Positions 22,988-35,114 of a DNA stretch of 64,000 bases are shown in pieces (position 1 is the stretch's first letter; every line of letters starts with the position of its first letter). A program made the position numbers and the translations under genes. The DNA is from Oculina patagonica (taxonomy: Eukaryota). The stretch lies in assembly GCF_052425735.1 (NCBI RefSeq), contig NC_135759.1, forward strand, positions 28,024,001 to 28,088,000, written 5' to 3'. Below the pieces are notes generated by a model. The model was given only the letters and a program-made list of their open reading frames with translations. It was not told the origin of the DNA and did not search any database.

Positions 22988-25269
22988 TCAGTGGTGTGCC
23001 GGGCGGGAAGCGGCAGCCGCGGCGGCAGCAACCAAAGCAGCAGAGTTGAGTTGTGCCTTTGACTTCTTACAGCATCCACAGCAGCATGGGCAGTGGTGGC
23101 AACAGTGGCAACAATGGCAGCAGCATGGTTCACAGCAGTGTTCACAGCAGTGGCAGCAGCAGCATGGCTCACAGCAGTGTTCACAGCAGTGGCAGCAACA
23201 GCAAGGCTCGCAGCAGCAGTGGCAGCAGCCACAGTCGTGGCAACAGTCGTGGCAACAGCAATCGTGACAGCAATCGTGGCAGCAATCGTGACAGCAGTCA
23301 CAGCAGCAGTCATGGCAACAATCACCGCAACCACAACAGCAGTCGTGGCCGCAATCACAGCAGCATTTCTTGCTGGAATTTATCTTTTTTCCGATGCCAT
23401 GCTGGGCCGATAAAGCAGCCACAGGTTTCACAGCGCCAGAAACAGCAGCACCTGGTTTGGGGATTGCTTGCCTGGCTTCACCTTCTTTGCACTTACAGTT
23501 GCATTTCTTTTCGCCCTCAGATGTTTCAACACTTTTGCACTTCTTTTCTTGATCCGCTTGAGACTTGGGTGGACATTTCTTCAGTTGATCTTTGTTTTTG
23601 CATTTCTTGTTATCTTTACATGGGCTACATTTTTCAGAGCATTTAGATTTCTTTGACGCCTCTTTGCAATCCTTTTTAGCTGTTTTGGTACAAACGCAGG
23701 GATCTTTAACTTTTTGCTCTAAAACAAGTTGTCGAATACGATTTTAGTAAGCATATCCCCATAATAGTATTATTTATGATAACAATGGCATCTTCAAAAT
23801 AACAGTACTTAATATTGAAATTATAATACTGTTATGGAAACATGACACACTTGCGGGCGAGGTCTTTTTATTGAGTTGGATTTATTAAAATGTGGAAAAA
23901 CATTTGAAAAATTTCTAAAAGGCTTTTTTTTAAAAATACGGGTCATAAGCAACGAAAAAAAATAATTTACTTACCCAAATACAATTTAATAACAATCATG
24001 ATCAAAACGTAGTTGACCAAATTGGGCAATTCAACCTCCATGAGGACATGCCGAACGTCATCATATGATTTTTTTTTCCGTGAAATTTGTCTACCATTTT
24101 TCTGAGAATTCCTAAGAAATTATCCTACTTTCGTGAGTTAAAGATTGTTAAAGTGGTGGCAAGTATATCAAAATGTATTCATGTTCCTACCGTTTTCTGA
24201 TTGACTTTCTTCGTTCGGTGATTCTGAGTCAACAACCATCTTGTTATGTTTCTCTTCTTCTAACTCTTCTTTTGGTGTTATGTTTTTTGATTCATCTGTA
24301 AAGAGGAGCAGATCAACATGTATCATTCTCCCTGTCTGTGTATACTCTTTTGACACATATGACAGCCATCTTTTACTTTGCACTAGTCTATCTAGAAGTG
24401 GCTATTGTGAAAAGGAAATATATATTCTTGCAGTACTGAATACAGTAGGTGTCCTTTGATGTCAACAATCAACTGATTTTTCTTTTTGATTTCCACCCAA
24501 AATGGTTGATACATAGAACTAAAAAGCCACTTTTAGGAGCTTCTCGACAGTTTTGTGCCGTTTATTATTTTCTAGCAGGCCACAGAACAGACTATTATTT
24601 TTAAGGTGATAAAATACACACAAATCTCACAATAAACATCACTCCTTTGTTTAGACAAAACTAACCATTTTCCGATTCGCTGTTTTCATTTGTGGATTCT
24701 AATTCAACCATCTTGTTGTGTTTTTCTTCTTCTAGCTCCTCCTTTGGCTTAACTTTGAATTCGTCTGAAAAACAAGAAACTACCGTTTAATCGATGGCTA
24801 CACAATTCTAAAATGTATTCAAAGGTCAATGATACCATTTTCTTTGCTTATGGATTTTCCCTCCACCAAAGTCACTTTTAGGAGCTTTTCGACAGTTTTG
24901 TTTGTTTATTATTTTCTTGCAAGCCACAGGACAGACTATTATTTTTAAGATAATACAATGCACGCAAATCTCACAATAAACAATACATCACTCCTTTGTT
25001 TAGACAAAACTAACCATTTTCCGATTCGCTGTTTTCATTTGTGGATTCTAATTCAACCATCTTGTTGTGTTTTTCTTCTTCTAGCTCCTCCTTTGGTTTA
25101 ACTTTGAATTCGTCTGAAAAACAAGAAACTGCCGTTTAATCGATGGCTTCACAATTCTAAAATGTATTCAAAGGTCAACGATACCATTTTCTTTGCTTAT
25201 GGATTTTCCCTCCACCAAAGCCAAGGCGCTAAGAGCGATGCACAAAACGGTTACAAGTTTCACACGCAT
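22988..25269 (-). CDS. Secreted ultra-Cys/His-rich protein (cluster gene 3, ~372 aa)
   Basis: Exons 25269-25185 (signal MRVKLVTVLCIALSALALVEG), 25113-25015, 24764-24666 and 24295-24191 (three copies of a Glu-rich exon), and 23718-22988; all introns phase-1 GT-AG and the frame is open. The last exon has a Lys/Cys region, then 59 Cys in 99 residues (CCHD, EPCCCCH repeats) and a poly-Ala tail. Confidence 0.85.
24527..25221. repeat. Recent ~348-bp tandem duplication containing a coding exon
   Basis: 24527-24872 and 24873-25221 are near-identical, each carrying the 99-nt DEFKVKPKEELEEEKHNK exon. Confidence 0.88.
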
Positions 25270-28200
25270 ATTGCTGTATCAATTGAAACAAACAACGTAA
25301 AGACAAAAGGCTAATAGTAAGTGTTTGATATCCGAGGAAAATGAGAACGTATTACATCACAGGGAGGCGGCGGTGGACAGATGGTTCAGAGCACGTATAT
25401 GTCATTTGCTGCTGGTAAACTTTCCCCCTTGTTTAGCGCTTGTGTAAATCACGCCTACAAGCTTGCTTGCTATTGGTGAAAAAACGCGATACCTGATAGT
25501 CACTTGAGCACCACTTATCTTACAGCATGCAGGTCGTTTTATCTCGCTAAGTTTCACTTTCGCTTAATTATTCACGCTTAAAAGAATTGTCGGAACAATT
25601 GTAAAACGAATTCGACGGCGAATTGCTCCCTTCCACTCGATGCCCGCATTAGAATTCCCTACATGTACAGTTTACAAAGATCTTCTGACATGATTGCTAT
25701 AGGAATATACGGTTCATATGCTTTTAGGTACTATTGATCAAATAAAAAAGAGTTGAAAATTTCTGGAATGGAATATGGAAAACGTATTAGGTTCTGACTC
25801 GTAAGTACAAATTGAATAAATTTGGATAAATTAAAACGAGAGGGTATTCTTTGTAAACAGTAAATTGTACTTAAAATGAAAAGGAACAACTTCGTTATTT
25901 AGTTTTCGGGTTTGTTTTGTTTGCTTGATGACGCTATTAACAACGATAATGAGAAACACGTGAAATTTTGAAATGCATATCAATGGTTACTCTAGTGCTC
26001 TCCAAGCATAAGTGGAAAGTAACTGAAATTAATGTATAATCTGATAAAATGCCTAGCCGAAGTAGAAGGCATCACAGCTGTGCATTTTTGCACTCGTTAA
26101 TGCAAAAACTTAAACAATCTTGACACATATGAAAGACACATAAAAACACTTGACTGTTATTGTTTCAGTAAACGACCTTTCTAATACAATCAAATTCATA
26201 CAAGGCGAACGAAAAACGGAGTACTGAGGCATAAACTAATAACCACACTACGACCATTACAGCATTGCAAACTGGCTTTTATTCCATGGTTCAAGGTAAT
26301 GAAATATCCCAAGCTTTAAGTATCTAAAGATGAAAATAAACAGGTTTAAAAATGGCGTGGGGTGAATTAATATTTACACCTCTAGCCAAAACATTTAGCT
26401 CCACCTCGACTCCTCCTTAAAGTAGTAATTAAACGTCTTCGGTGATGCATGAAGAAAAATAAAAAGTAGATCAAATTTATTGATTTACCGCTGACTTTTT
26501 TGGCGAAAGAATGAGTCTGTTTCTTATGGAACTTTGGAAAAATAGTGTCTGTGTCGACCTAAATTTTGTAAACTGCATGGTATGTCGGTGTTGCAAAAGT
26601 TTTAGTTTTCACTTTTGCTGTGTGAATTAACCAGTTTAGTTAATAGGATTGCTCTTCGAAAACATTTTTCATTTTGATAAACACTTGTTCGCCTTATAAC
26701 TTCTCTGATAAGTGTTCTTTAGGAATTTATGCTAAACAGTAGCTTGTTCGTTTCCAAAAAGGAAATACAAAATGATTTAAATGCATGCTAATATCTTCTT
26801 AAAAAAGTTTTTTCCCATCTTATACTAAATTCACGATCATTTTAAGGCCGCCATTTAAAAAGCTCCCTCGTTTTGCTAGTGACATGGGATGAACGTAGAC
26901 AAGAGATCGGCCCAGTTTCTGGGCAGTTTGCATTATTTTTTTGGTATCCGCCATTACCAACAAGTCTGTCGCTTTTTCTTCGCATGTTAAAAAAGTAGCC
27001 GCCGTAGTTCCTTTAACGACATCAGCTTGTTCCACAATGAAATCAGTCATATTCTTGTTTCAACCTGCGGTAATTATACCTTTCTTTACTTTTGACCGCT
27101 TTTGGGGTGTTCCGTAAGAGACCTCTGCGATTTGGTTGCACAAATCAACACTTTTAGTAATATACTGTTGTCTAAGTTCATTTAGAGCTCTTTCTATAGC
27201 TCAATGCCGCCTTAAAAATGTCTATCTGATGAAAACAAAATTTGATGACTCCTGAAAAAGAAAATTAAAATCGTTTTGAGTAGACGGTTTTTTCTCGCTG
27301 TCTTTTGCTTGCGAACGGAGATGGAAAAATTGGTCAAATGAAAGTCAAGCTCACTGTCAGGTATGTTTTTAATTTGTCTAGCCTCTTTCATCGACTGACA
27401 AAATATTCTTACAGGCGTTTGAGTCGGTTTTAGATGTGTTGAGTACTCTCTGGCTTCTGGCCTTGCAGTTGACTTCGCAATTTCGTCTCCAGCTGGTGTT
27501 TTGACTGCATACCTGAGCTGACGATAAATTTGCTCGTTCTCGTTTTCCTTAGCTCTACCATTTTAGTATTTTTAGCAAAAGCAATTCTCTGATAAAAATG
27601 AAATGTTCACGAGCGCGGGACAAACAAGAAAATCCGAGTCCCCACCACGAACCCATGGCCTCCCAGATACCGGTTGGGCGTTCTAACCACTGAGCTACAA
27701 GGGACTATGAAGGTCTATGCTTTTGTATTTTTCGGTTGACAATTTTCCCGCCGCAAATTTAACAGCTATAGACCGGTCTAAATGAAAAAGAAAACCTATA
27801 CCATGGTTAATATTGATTTTAGGCATCAAAATTTACGAATTCGGTAGTTCCCAGTCCTTGTGAGACGCGCCCATGATTATAACAATTTCAGTTGTAACCG
27901 TTGGCCAATCATGGAGGCCAATGATCAAGAATTTCTAATGTTAATGGAATTGATGATTGTTGTCGCGGAAAGGTGACTGGGACATATAACACTTTGGCAT
28001 TCTCTGAAGATTAAGTCCATGGCTCGTTTTGTGTTTTTTTATTTTTTGGGAGGGAGAGGGGGGGGGGGGGGGGGGGCCTAAATCCGGGGCTGAGACAACA
28101 GCTTCTTAAAGGCTGCCAAAGTTTTGTCCGAATAACCTGCCTTAGGAGTTTAGTAAGATCCAAGCAAAGAGAAATGAATATAATGCGATGTTACAGCTCT

Positions 28201-28576
28201 CTATTTGTATTCCGGGTGCAATACATGAAATTTAATCAGTATCATTTGACCAAGAAGCAACCAATGAGAGCGTGTAAATTCAATTAAAGAGTTCATCTTA
28301 TTTGTCCTTATAAAGGTGTCTTCTATTAAATGTATATTATTTCTGAATGCCTGATTTAAAATAACAACGAAATATCGAATAAAATCATATTCCTATTCAC
28401 TGCTAGTGTGTAAATAAAACGGGTACAAGACTCCACTGCGACACCTTACACTCCACACCTCAACTCTTAAAAATGTTGTATTTTAAGAAATAAATTATAT
28501 GCTTTTACACAAAATAGGCAGTGAACGGTCAACCAAACTTAAGTACAACAAGAGAAAACACTTTAAATCACTTGAA

Positions 28577-29327
28577 ATGAAGAGCATTGCTGTCGCTATC
28601 GTCTTAAATGTTCTGCTCGCTTTGATTGCATTTGGGGAAGACACGAACGAGCTGAGAATACAGTCTCTATTTCTCACGAAAATTAAAGATATGGTATTAA
28701 GCAGTGAATCTGTTAAGTCAGGATCGGGAAAGGCTCCAACAAATTCAGGGTAAGTTAAGAATTTTATGTTAAGAGACGAGCGTAACTAAGATGAAAAGAA
28801 ATGAGAAAACATTTTTTGTTTAAGAAGTAAAATATCTCCAATTTAGAATTCATGATAAAAAACGTTCGTTCCAAATATTATGCTCTGGTGAATAATGCAG
28901 GAATCGTGTGCAACTTGTGCCCTTAAGCTTGGCAAAGGGAAAATTTTCACGTTTGTAAAGCTAGCTTGTAGCCACGTTATTGCTTTCAACCGTCTCTAAT
29001 TCGTTATCACACGGTTTAGAAGCAACCTAAAAAAGAATGGTTCTTACAGAAAAGAACCTGAATCTCGTTTGGAAGGTTTGTTTTATCTGGGCATTTTATA
29101 TATGTTAAGTTAAAGTTAACTTGAAAAAGTTTGATTAAATTTTCCTTTATTACAGGATAACAACCCCTCAAAAGGGAAAACAGTACGCGAAGAGCAACGT
29201 GGTAAAAAGGTACGCTAGTCCACAATGGACGTATGGGTATCCATGGCCGTGGCCACGTCAAAACGATCAGCCACAACAGTCGCGCATGTCGTCAAGGGCC
29301 CCAGGATCCAAAGGGAGACAGCATTAA
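28577..29327 (+). CDS. Small secreted prepropeptide (cluster gene 4, 114 aa)
   Basis: Exon 28577-28749 (signal MKSIAVAIVLNVLLALIAFG; donor GG/GTAAG) and exon 29156-29327 (polypyrimidine-TACAG acceptor, phase 2) give ...NVVKR-YASPQWTYGYPWPWPR-QNDQ...; AATAAA at ~29474. Confidence 0.7.
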
Positions 29328-30029
29328 TTACTCATTCTACTCGAAATTTAATGAACCTGTCGTTGTCTCGGGGATGCACACTATCATCAGTTATCTAAAT
29401 TACCACAACACGGTGTCAAGGAGAATTTGAAATGCTACTACCCCTGACTTAAGCTTAGTGTCTTGATGTGAGCAATAAAGCAAGCAATGACATCTGAAGA
29501 AGTACTTCTCACAGGTTTTTGCACTTTTTAATGAAACTTCTGTTTTCTCTTATACCTATATTTTATTCTTCTTCGAAACTAAAACATATAAGAAAACATC
29601 TGTCACACTGTGCAACATGCATGTCATGTGCTGGATGCTTACCATAAAACCTACAAAATAATCCTCCGTGAAAACCAGTTCCTTTGTTTGCACGCGTCGC
29701 CTTAAAAGGCAATAAACACTGTGGTCTCAAGCGTCAATTTATTTCTTGGGATTTTAATTTGTGTTCTTTCAATATACAACTTAGCCTTCTGGGGTTAGAG
29801 CAAACCAGTCATCGAGGCCAAAATAAAAATGGCCTTTACTTTATTATCTTACTGGCTAGCCGTCTTTGCATCCTAAAAGGTAATATATGTAGGTGATGGA
29901 CTCATGTTTTCGTTTCTGTGTCTGTGAGCAATTGTCTTTAAAAATGTGGCGGAAAGGATGTTCAAGGCGATGAGGCATACTCTACCATTCAAATTAATAA
30001 TTGAAATGTCAAATCAAAACTTTGATATC

Positions 30030-33000
30030 TTAGTGCACCCTTAATGGTCCTTCTCGTAACGGTGAGTAACCATGGCCACTGTATGGTCTACTGAAATAAG
30101 GGTGCGGAGTGACCATGTAAAGGTAGAGCGGCCCACTGAATAATGAAGGTGACAAGGGTCCTTGAGATCGCTTACAGTGACAGCAGTGACAACAGCATGG
30201 GCAACAGTGGCAACAATGGCAACAGTGGCAGCAGTGGCAGCAAGGACAGCAATGATGATGGTGATGATGAACATGATGACAGCACTGATGGCAGCACGGA
30301 GTAGGACAACATGGACAACAGCAAGGACAGCAGCATGGCTCCTCTGGTTTCTTCTTCGGCGCTTCCTCTGCACCGGGTATCGGACACCAACAACCTAAAG
30401 GATACAGGAATTAATAGATAAGACAGTTGGCGTAAGAATCCATTTGAAAGATGAAAAGGATTTGCCTTTTAAACGAAACACAACCAGGTGCATTTTAGTG
30501 TAATTAAAAAAATTACATGCAACGTAGGGAGCCTTGGTTGCATAGATTTTATTGCGGTTTCCATAAAGGTTTTTCAATGCTGTCTTACCTTCATCCCAAC
30601 GATGTCAGTTCTTTAAGGATTAAATTTTTTTATTTTGTAAACGCTAACTATTTAACAATAACCCAGGATTCAACGTGCGTCGAGGGTTAAATTTCTCTTG
30701 TATGCAAGTGCTTTTTAGTGCTTGTGTATTGTGGTGTTTGAGATTAGTCGACATCAAAAGTTGAGGACAGAAACTCTAACTTAACTTAACTGAAAAGGTA
30801 AATACTAAAATTAAAATTCAAGCTAATCCTAGATAAGCTTAATCTTGGCTGAACAACTCGGCTCTCGCCTTGGACAGTGTTAGCCCAGCGGAATACTTTA
30901 TTTATTTTCCTATCAGCCAATTAAGTGCTTCCACCTTGTTCTTCGCTTGATTAAATTAATTCAATATCACTGTGACAAGTCACAGACTAGGGAACCCATG
31001 GTTAAATCTCCCTAACACGTGTCCTTATCCTAACTAAGGGCCTATCAATTTCATGCCGCATGCATTAAGTTCGCTGTTAAAGCTTGGTTTACACGTAGGA
31101 CGCACGCGGGCATAAGCATAAACACAAGCACAAGGGTATTCACACTTACGATAAGCATAAGCACAAGGCGACAGTATTCATTAAGTGGTTCAACATTGGG
31201 CTTATGCTTATGCTTGCGTCGTAGGTGCAAACCAGCTATAATAGACACCCAAGAGGCATGATACAGGACCGCCTGTGCTTGCATCATTCTGGTTTACTCA
31301 AGCAAAGCAAGCCCAAGTGCAAACAAGGAGAGACTCCTTTTCTTATGAATACACTTATGCTTGCTGTAGTGCTTGTGTCATACCCAGTTTACTTACACGT
31401 GCTTATGCGTATTATTGCGTTGTACGTGTAACCTAGCATTAACAGTTGTACTCGGTGTTGAAATCGTCATGATCGTTCTACATCATGGTCATGCGGATAG
31501 AAATTGACAAACCTTCATCGCATTCATGGTGACAACAGTCACATTCGCAATGCGGCATGCAGCCACCAACACATGGCTGACAACTATGGCAAATGTGGCA
31601 TCCTGAAAAACAAATTTATACTTCAACATGGTTTACAGCCAACGTCTATGGAGACATGCGTGGCCTAGTGGCTAGGGCACTGGACTTGTAATCCGAAGGT
31701 CCTTGGTTCAAATCCTCCTCCCTGGAATGACTTTATGGATTTGTGTTCGGTGCTCCCAACAAAGTCAACTGGTCTGCCCCCCGCCAGTTGAGATTTTGAT
31801 TTTATTTATTTGTTAATTAAAGCGCCACAATCTAAACATTAGCCAATAAAGTTGTTAATAAGCCAATTAAGTCAGTAATTTAATTAAAAAATTATTTTTT
31901 TAAGGAAACATTTGTATAGGGCGGGACATGTAATTGAACAGTCAAGGCTAATACGCATTTCAAACTCTTTGGCATAAAACTCCGAATAAAGTTTCAAATA
32001 ATAAGGTAATACAGTACTGAAATGGAGACAGACAATCGGATCAGAAGAAACTATATATCTAAAGCATACCATTTCGTTTTCCCTTAGCTCTTCCTACATC
32101 ACTGCTTGGTCCTTTAGTGAAGGACTCGGGTCTGCAAATAGAAAGCATGAAGTACTTCAGTACAGCACAGTACAGACAGCACATCACAGATAAAAAATCA
32201 TATCACTGAAAACTAGTTCTGATTACAAAAGAAGTATGACAGTGGTAGCTTTTGAACTCTATAGTAGAAGTAGAAGTAGAAATTAATAAACGAATATCCC
32301 CCCCCCCCTGGATTTTCCACATTTACACCTAAAGCCTGTAGCATACAAAACGTATACTGTTGATGAGACTGCATACAGTTAAACCCCGGTAACTCAAACT
32401 CTGAAGGGTAACGAAAAACAGTTCGAGTTAGCGAGGTTTTCGAGTTAACCGAGTAAAAAAGACTGAAAAGTGGGTCCAAGGGAAATAGAAGTTAGTTCGA
32501 GTTAGCGGGGTTGTTCGAGTTATCCGAGTTCGAGTTACCGGGGTTCTACTGTATTTTGTTTACTCGTGCTAAAGATACAACTTGTTCTTTAGTAACGTAA
32601 CAATGAAAAATAGTTCAAGTATAAGCTAGATTTCCAACTAATTTAGAAATATTCAGATATGCTCATCATTTACTTCATTTCGTTTACAATTTATTTACCC
32701 AATCTGTAAACCTTTCTTGCAAGGAGGAAAACCCTCTCCTTTTTCCACAGGTCAGTGATTTTTGTGTCTTTAAATTAAAATGGTCGATGGTCTCTTGACA
32801 TTTTTCGTTATTTCACAACCAACCTGAAAGCGGCTTCTCTTTGGTCGCGTTTTTTAAATCCATTTTTCACTGTTTAAATTTATTTTTATTATTTCTGTCT
32901 TAATTTATATCAACTACCTTTAAAATATCATCAAAGTTTTACAATATATACAATGTAGGAACGCAAAACGCATAAACAAACTATGAGAGAATGAAATCAT

Positions 33001-33220
33001 CCTACCTTATTACACTCGTTGCTGTTTGTAGCTTCCCAGATGTCCTCCTTGTAGAAAATCCTTCGTTAGTTTTCAAGTTACCATCTTTCCGTCCAATCGC
33101 GATTATTTTTGGGAAAACCGAGGGTCTTTTGTTACTCCTGTGAAAAACTCCTTCAGAAACGACGGCGGCATAGAATATGACAGTCGAAAATAAAACATTT
33201 ACGAGGATTTTCGGTTTCAT
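30030..33220 (-). CDS. Secreted Cys/His-rich protein (cluster gene 5, ~243 aa)
   Basis: Exons 33220-33006 (signal MKPKILVNVLFSTVIFYAAVVSEG), 32131-32070 (...GKRN), 31602-31513 (CHICHSCQPCVGGCMPHCECDCCHHECDE) and 30394-30030 (CWCP...EPCCCPCCCPCC...CCHHVHHHHHHCCPCCHCCHCCH...CKR-SQGPL...). Phases are compatible. The coding frame of the last exon is absent from the ORF track. Extra or degenerate exons (~32700-32870, ~30590) are possible. Confidence 0.72.
31077..31442. mobile_element. MITE with (GCATAA)n subterminal repeats
   Basis: Imperfect TIRs TTAAAGCTTGGTTTACACGTA / TACGTGTAACCTAGCATTAA; CATAAG/CTTATG repeats in opposite orientations. Confidence 0.6.
32376..32551. mobile_element. Tc1/mariner(pogo)-type MITE
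   Basis: TA-CAGTTAAACCCCGGTAACTC ... GAGTTACCGGGGTTCTACTG-TA: TIRs plus TA duplication. Confidence 0.85.
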
Positions 33221-34874
33221 TTCCTTCTAGATAAGTCCCATGTTTTCTTAAAACTGGGTCCTATTGGAAAAATTGCATGGTCGAAATTATATTTTTACCT
33301 ATGGATCAATTCAATTTCGTTTCCATACGAGTAAATTATAAATCTTACATCACAGCTCCATTCAATGCCCGTCCCTCCTCTTTTATTTTTAACGCTTCAA
33401 GTAAACCAGGTCATGGGAATCACACTAGAGTGAATATCATTGGGTTAACATGGCATGTCTATTTCTGGTACCAGCGAAGGAAAGTTTGCTGGTCGTTTTC
33501 TTCTCCGTGAAAAGAAACAAACGCCAGCATTCATAGACACACAAACGTGTGATTAAACCAAATTAAAATCTACAAACAGCTTTAAACTTTCGCCTAATTT
33601 ATCAATTGAAGGTCACTGAAAAGCATTTAGCGAAGAGACGACGACTTGTTTTTTGAAGCTGGTAGAAAGTGATACAATTTCACGCTGCTTTGCGTTTTGG
33701 AATGTAATAATCACGTGCACCTCACGATATATTTGTCTATGGCCTGGGAGGATCCGTAGTCTCCAGTAAATTCATAGTATTTTTTTTTTAAACCGGAGTC
33801 ATCGCCGGTCAAAACTGTTTAAAACTATTTCAACAGGTGCAGTAATACCATTCTTCTTTTCATCACTGCAATAATTGATCCGGACACTTCTTGCCAGAGA
33901 ATTCCAAGTAACGTATTTGAAAATTACAAAACATATATAGCAAACATATAGAAAGAAAAGTGGACTATTCTCTTGTGAAAAAAGCGAAATAAATTACTAT
34001 AGCGACAGACAGAAGGAACAAATAGAAGAAAGTATCTGATTTGGGGCATGCGCAGCAAGCCAACTAATCTTTGTAGACCGACTTTTACTCCACTGAAGAT
34101 TTGTGTTTTTATTTGCGTGTTACAATGTACGAATTGAAATTACCCAGAAATAAACGCGAAGCATATATTAAAGCACATAGTTATCTTTTATGACCTAACG
34201 TTTACTCCACTTGAAGGAAATGTAAATAGAAGAAACCTTTCTCACATTTAATCAACGATAAATATAAAGCATCCGTCTGGTTAAGATTCAGACCGAGTAC
34301 AATTTTTAAGTCATGACTGTACTTTTTTCTTTGACTTTCTTCGCTTAATTTTTGTTTTTATACACATCTGATCTTAAAACTAACAGGTTGCTTGCAACTT
34401 CTTGTCTTTTAGACACTTCAAATGCGGTTCTTTAATATCAGTGTAATTAATTTCCTATATTTACACTTGGGTAATCAATCTCCACTGAGAAAAGCGAAAC
34501 ATGGCAAACACAAACACCTGACAAATTTCAACTGTTCACAGGGTATTTTCTTGGAACATACCAAGTTATACTATTAGTATTTACTATTATTACAGTCTAG
34601 ACATCTTATATCAATTTCCTCGCACATCTGAGCCAATTCATTCTACAGCTTCTTAGTAGTGATACCATAACTGAAACGGTGTCACGTGACGACGCAGGTG
34701 TGCCATATGCTGGTAAAATCGTTTAGAATATGGAACCTTGGTCCTGTTGGTTTAAAATAAATACAACAACCATTACTGAATTATTTTTACTGTGAAGTCA
34801 TTTTTGCCGTTACTGGTAAAAATGAGTTATTCTATTAGGATCTTCCTTTTTCTTCAGATTTTACTTTACTTACT

Positions 34875-34997
34875 TGTCTGTTTGTTTGTTCGGTTAGTTG
34901 TTTGGTAAGTTGGTTGGTGGGTTGGTGGGTTGGATTGTTGGTGTTTGTTTGTTTGTTTGTTTGTTTGTTTGGTTGGTTGGTTGGTTGGTTGGTTGGC
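34875..34997. repeat. (TTTG)n/(TTGG)n microsatellite
   Basis: Direct reading. Confidence 0.85.
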
Positions 34998-35114
34998 TAT
35001 TTTATGCACTCTGAATTTTTAGGTGAATATAAACTTCAGGTTTGCTTGGACATATTGTTAAAACGTAGCTGCATTAAAAAGTAGGTTGAAACCATTTATC
35101 TTGGGCACCCTAAA

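Noticed and set aside
22957-23646. Alternative Ala/Val/Thr, Gln/Trp and Ser-rich ORFs (also at 30041-30398, 35470-36098, 50990-51575, 54654-55720)
   Set aside because: Shadows of TGY/CAY or GGN codon repeats; the Cys or Gly frames are the ones joined in phase to signal-peptide exons.
26820-27560. Short ORF 26820-27050 and nearby coding-like sequence
   Set aside because: Flanked by stops, with no signal peptide, consistent splice model or recognisable motif.
32697-32920. Extra exon of gene 5
   Set aside because: A donor-like site exists, but every acceptor tried gives in-frame stops; the model is open without it.
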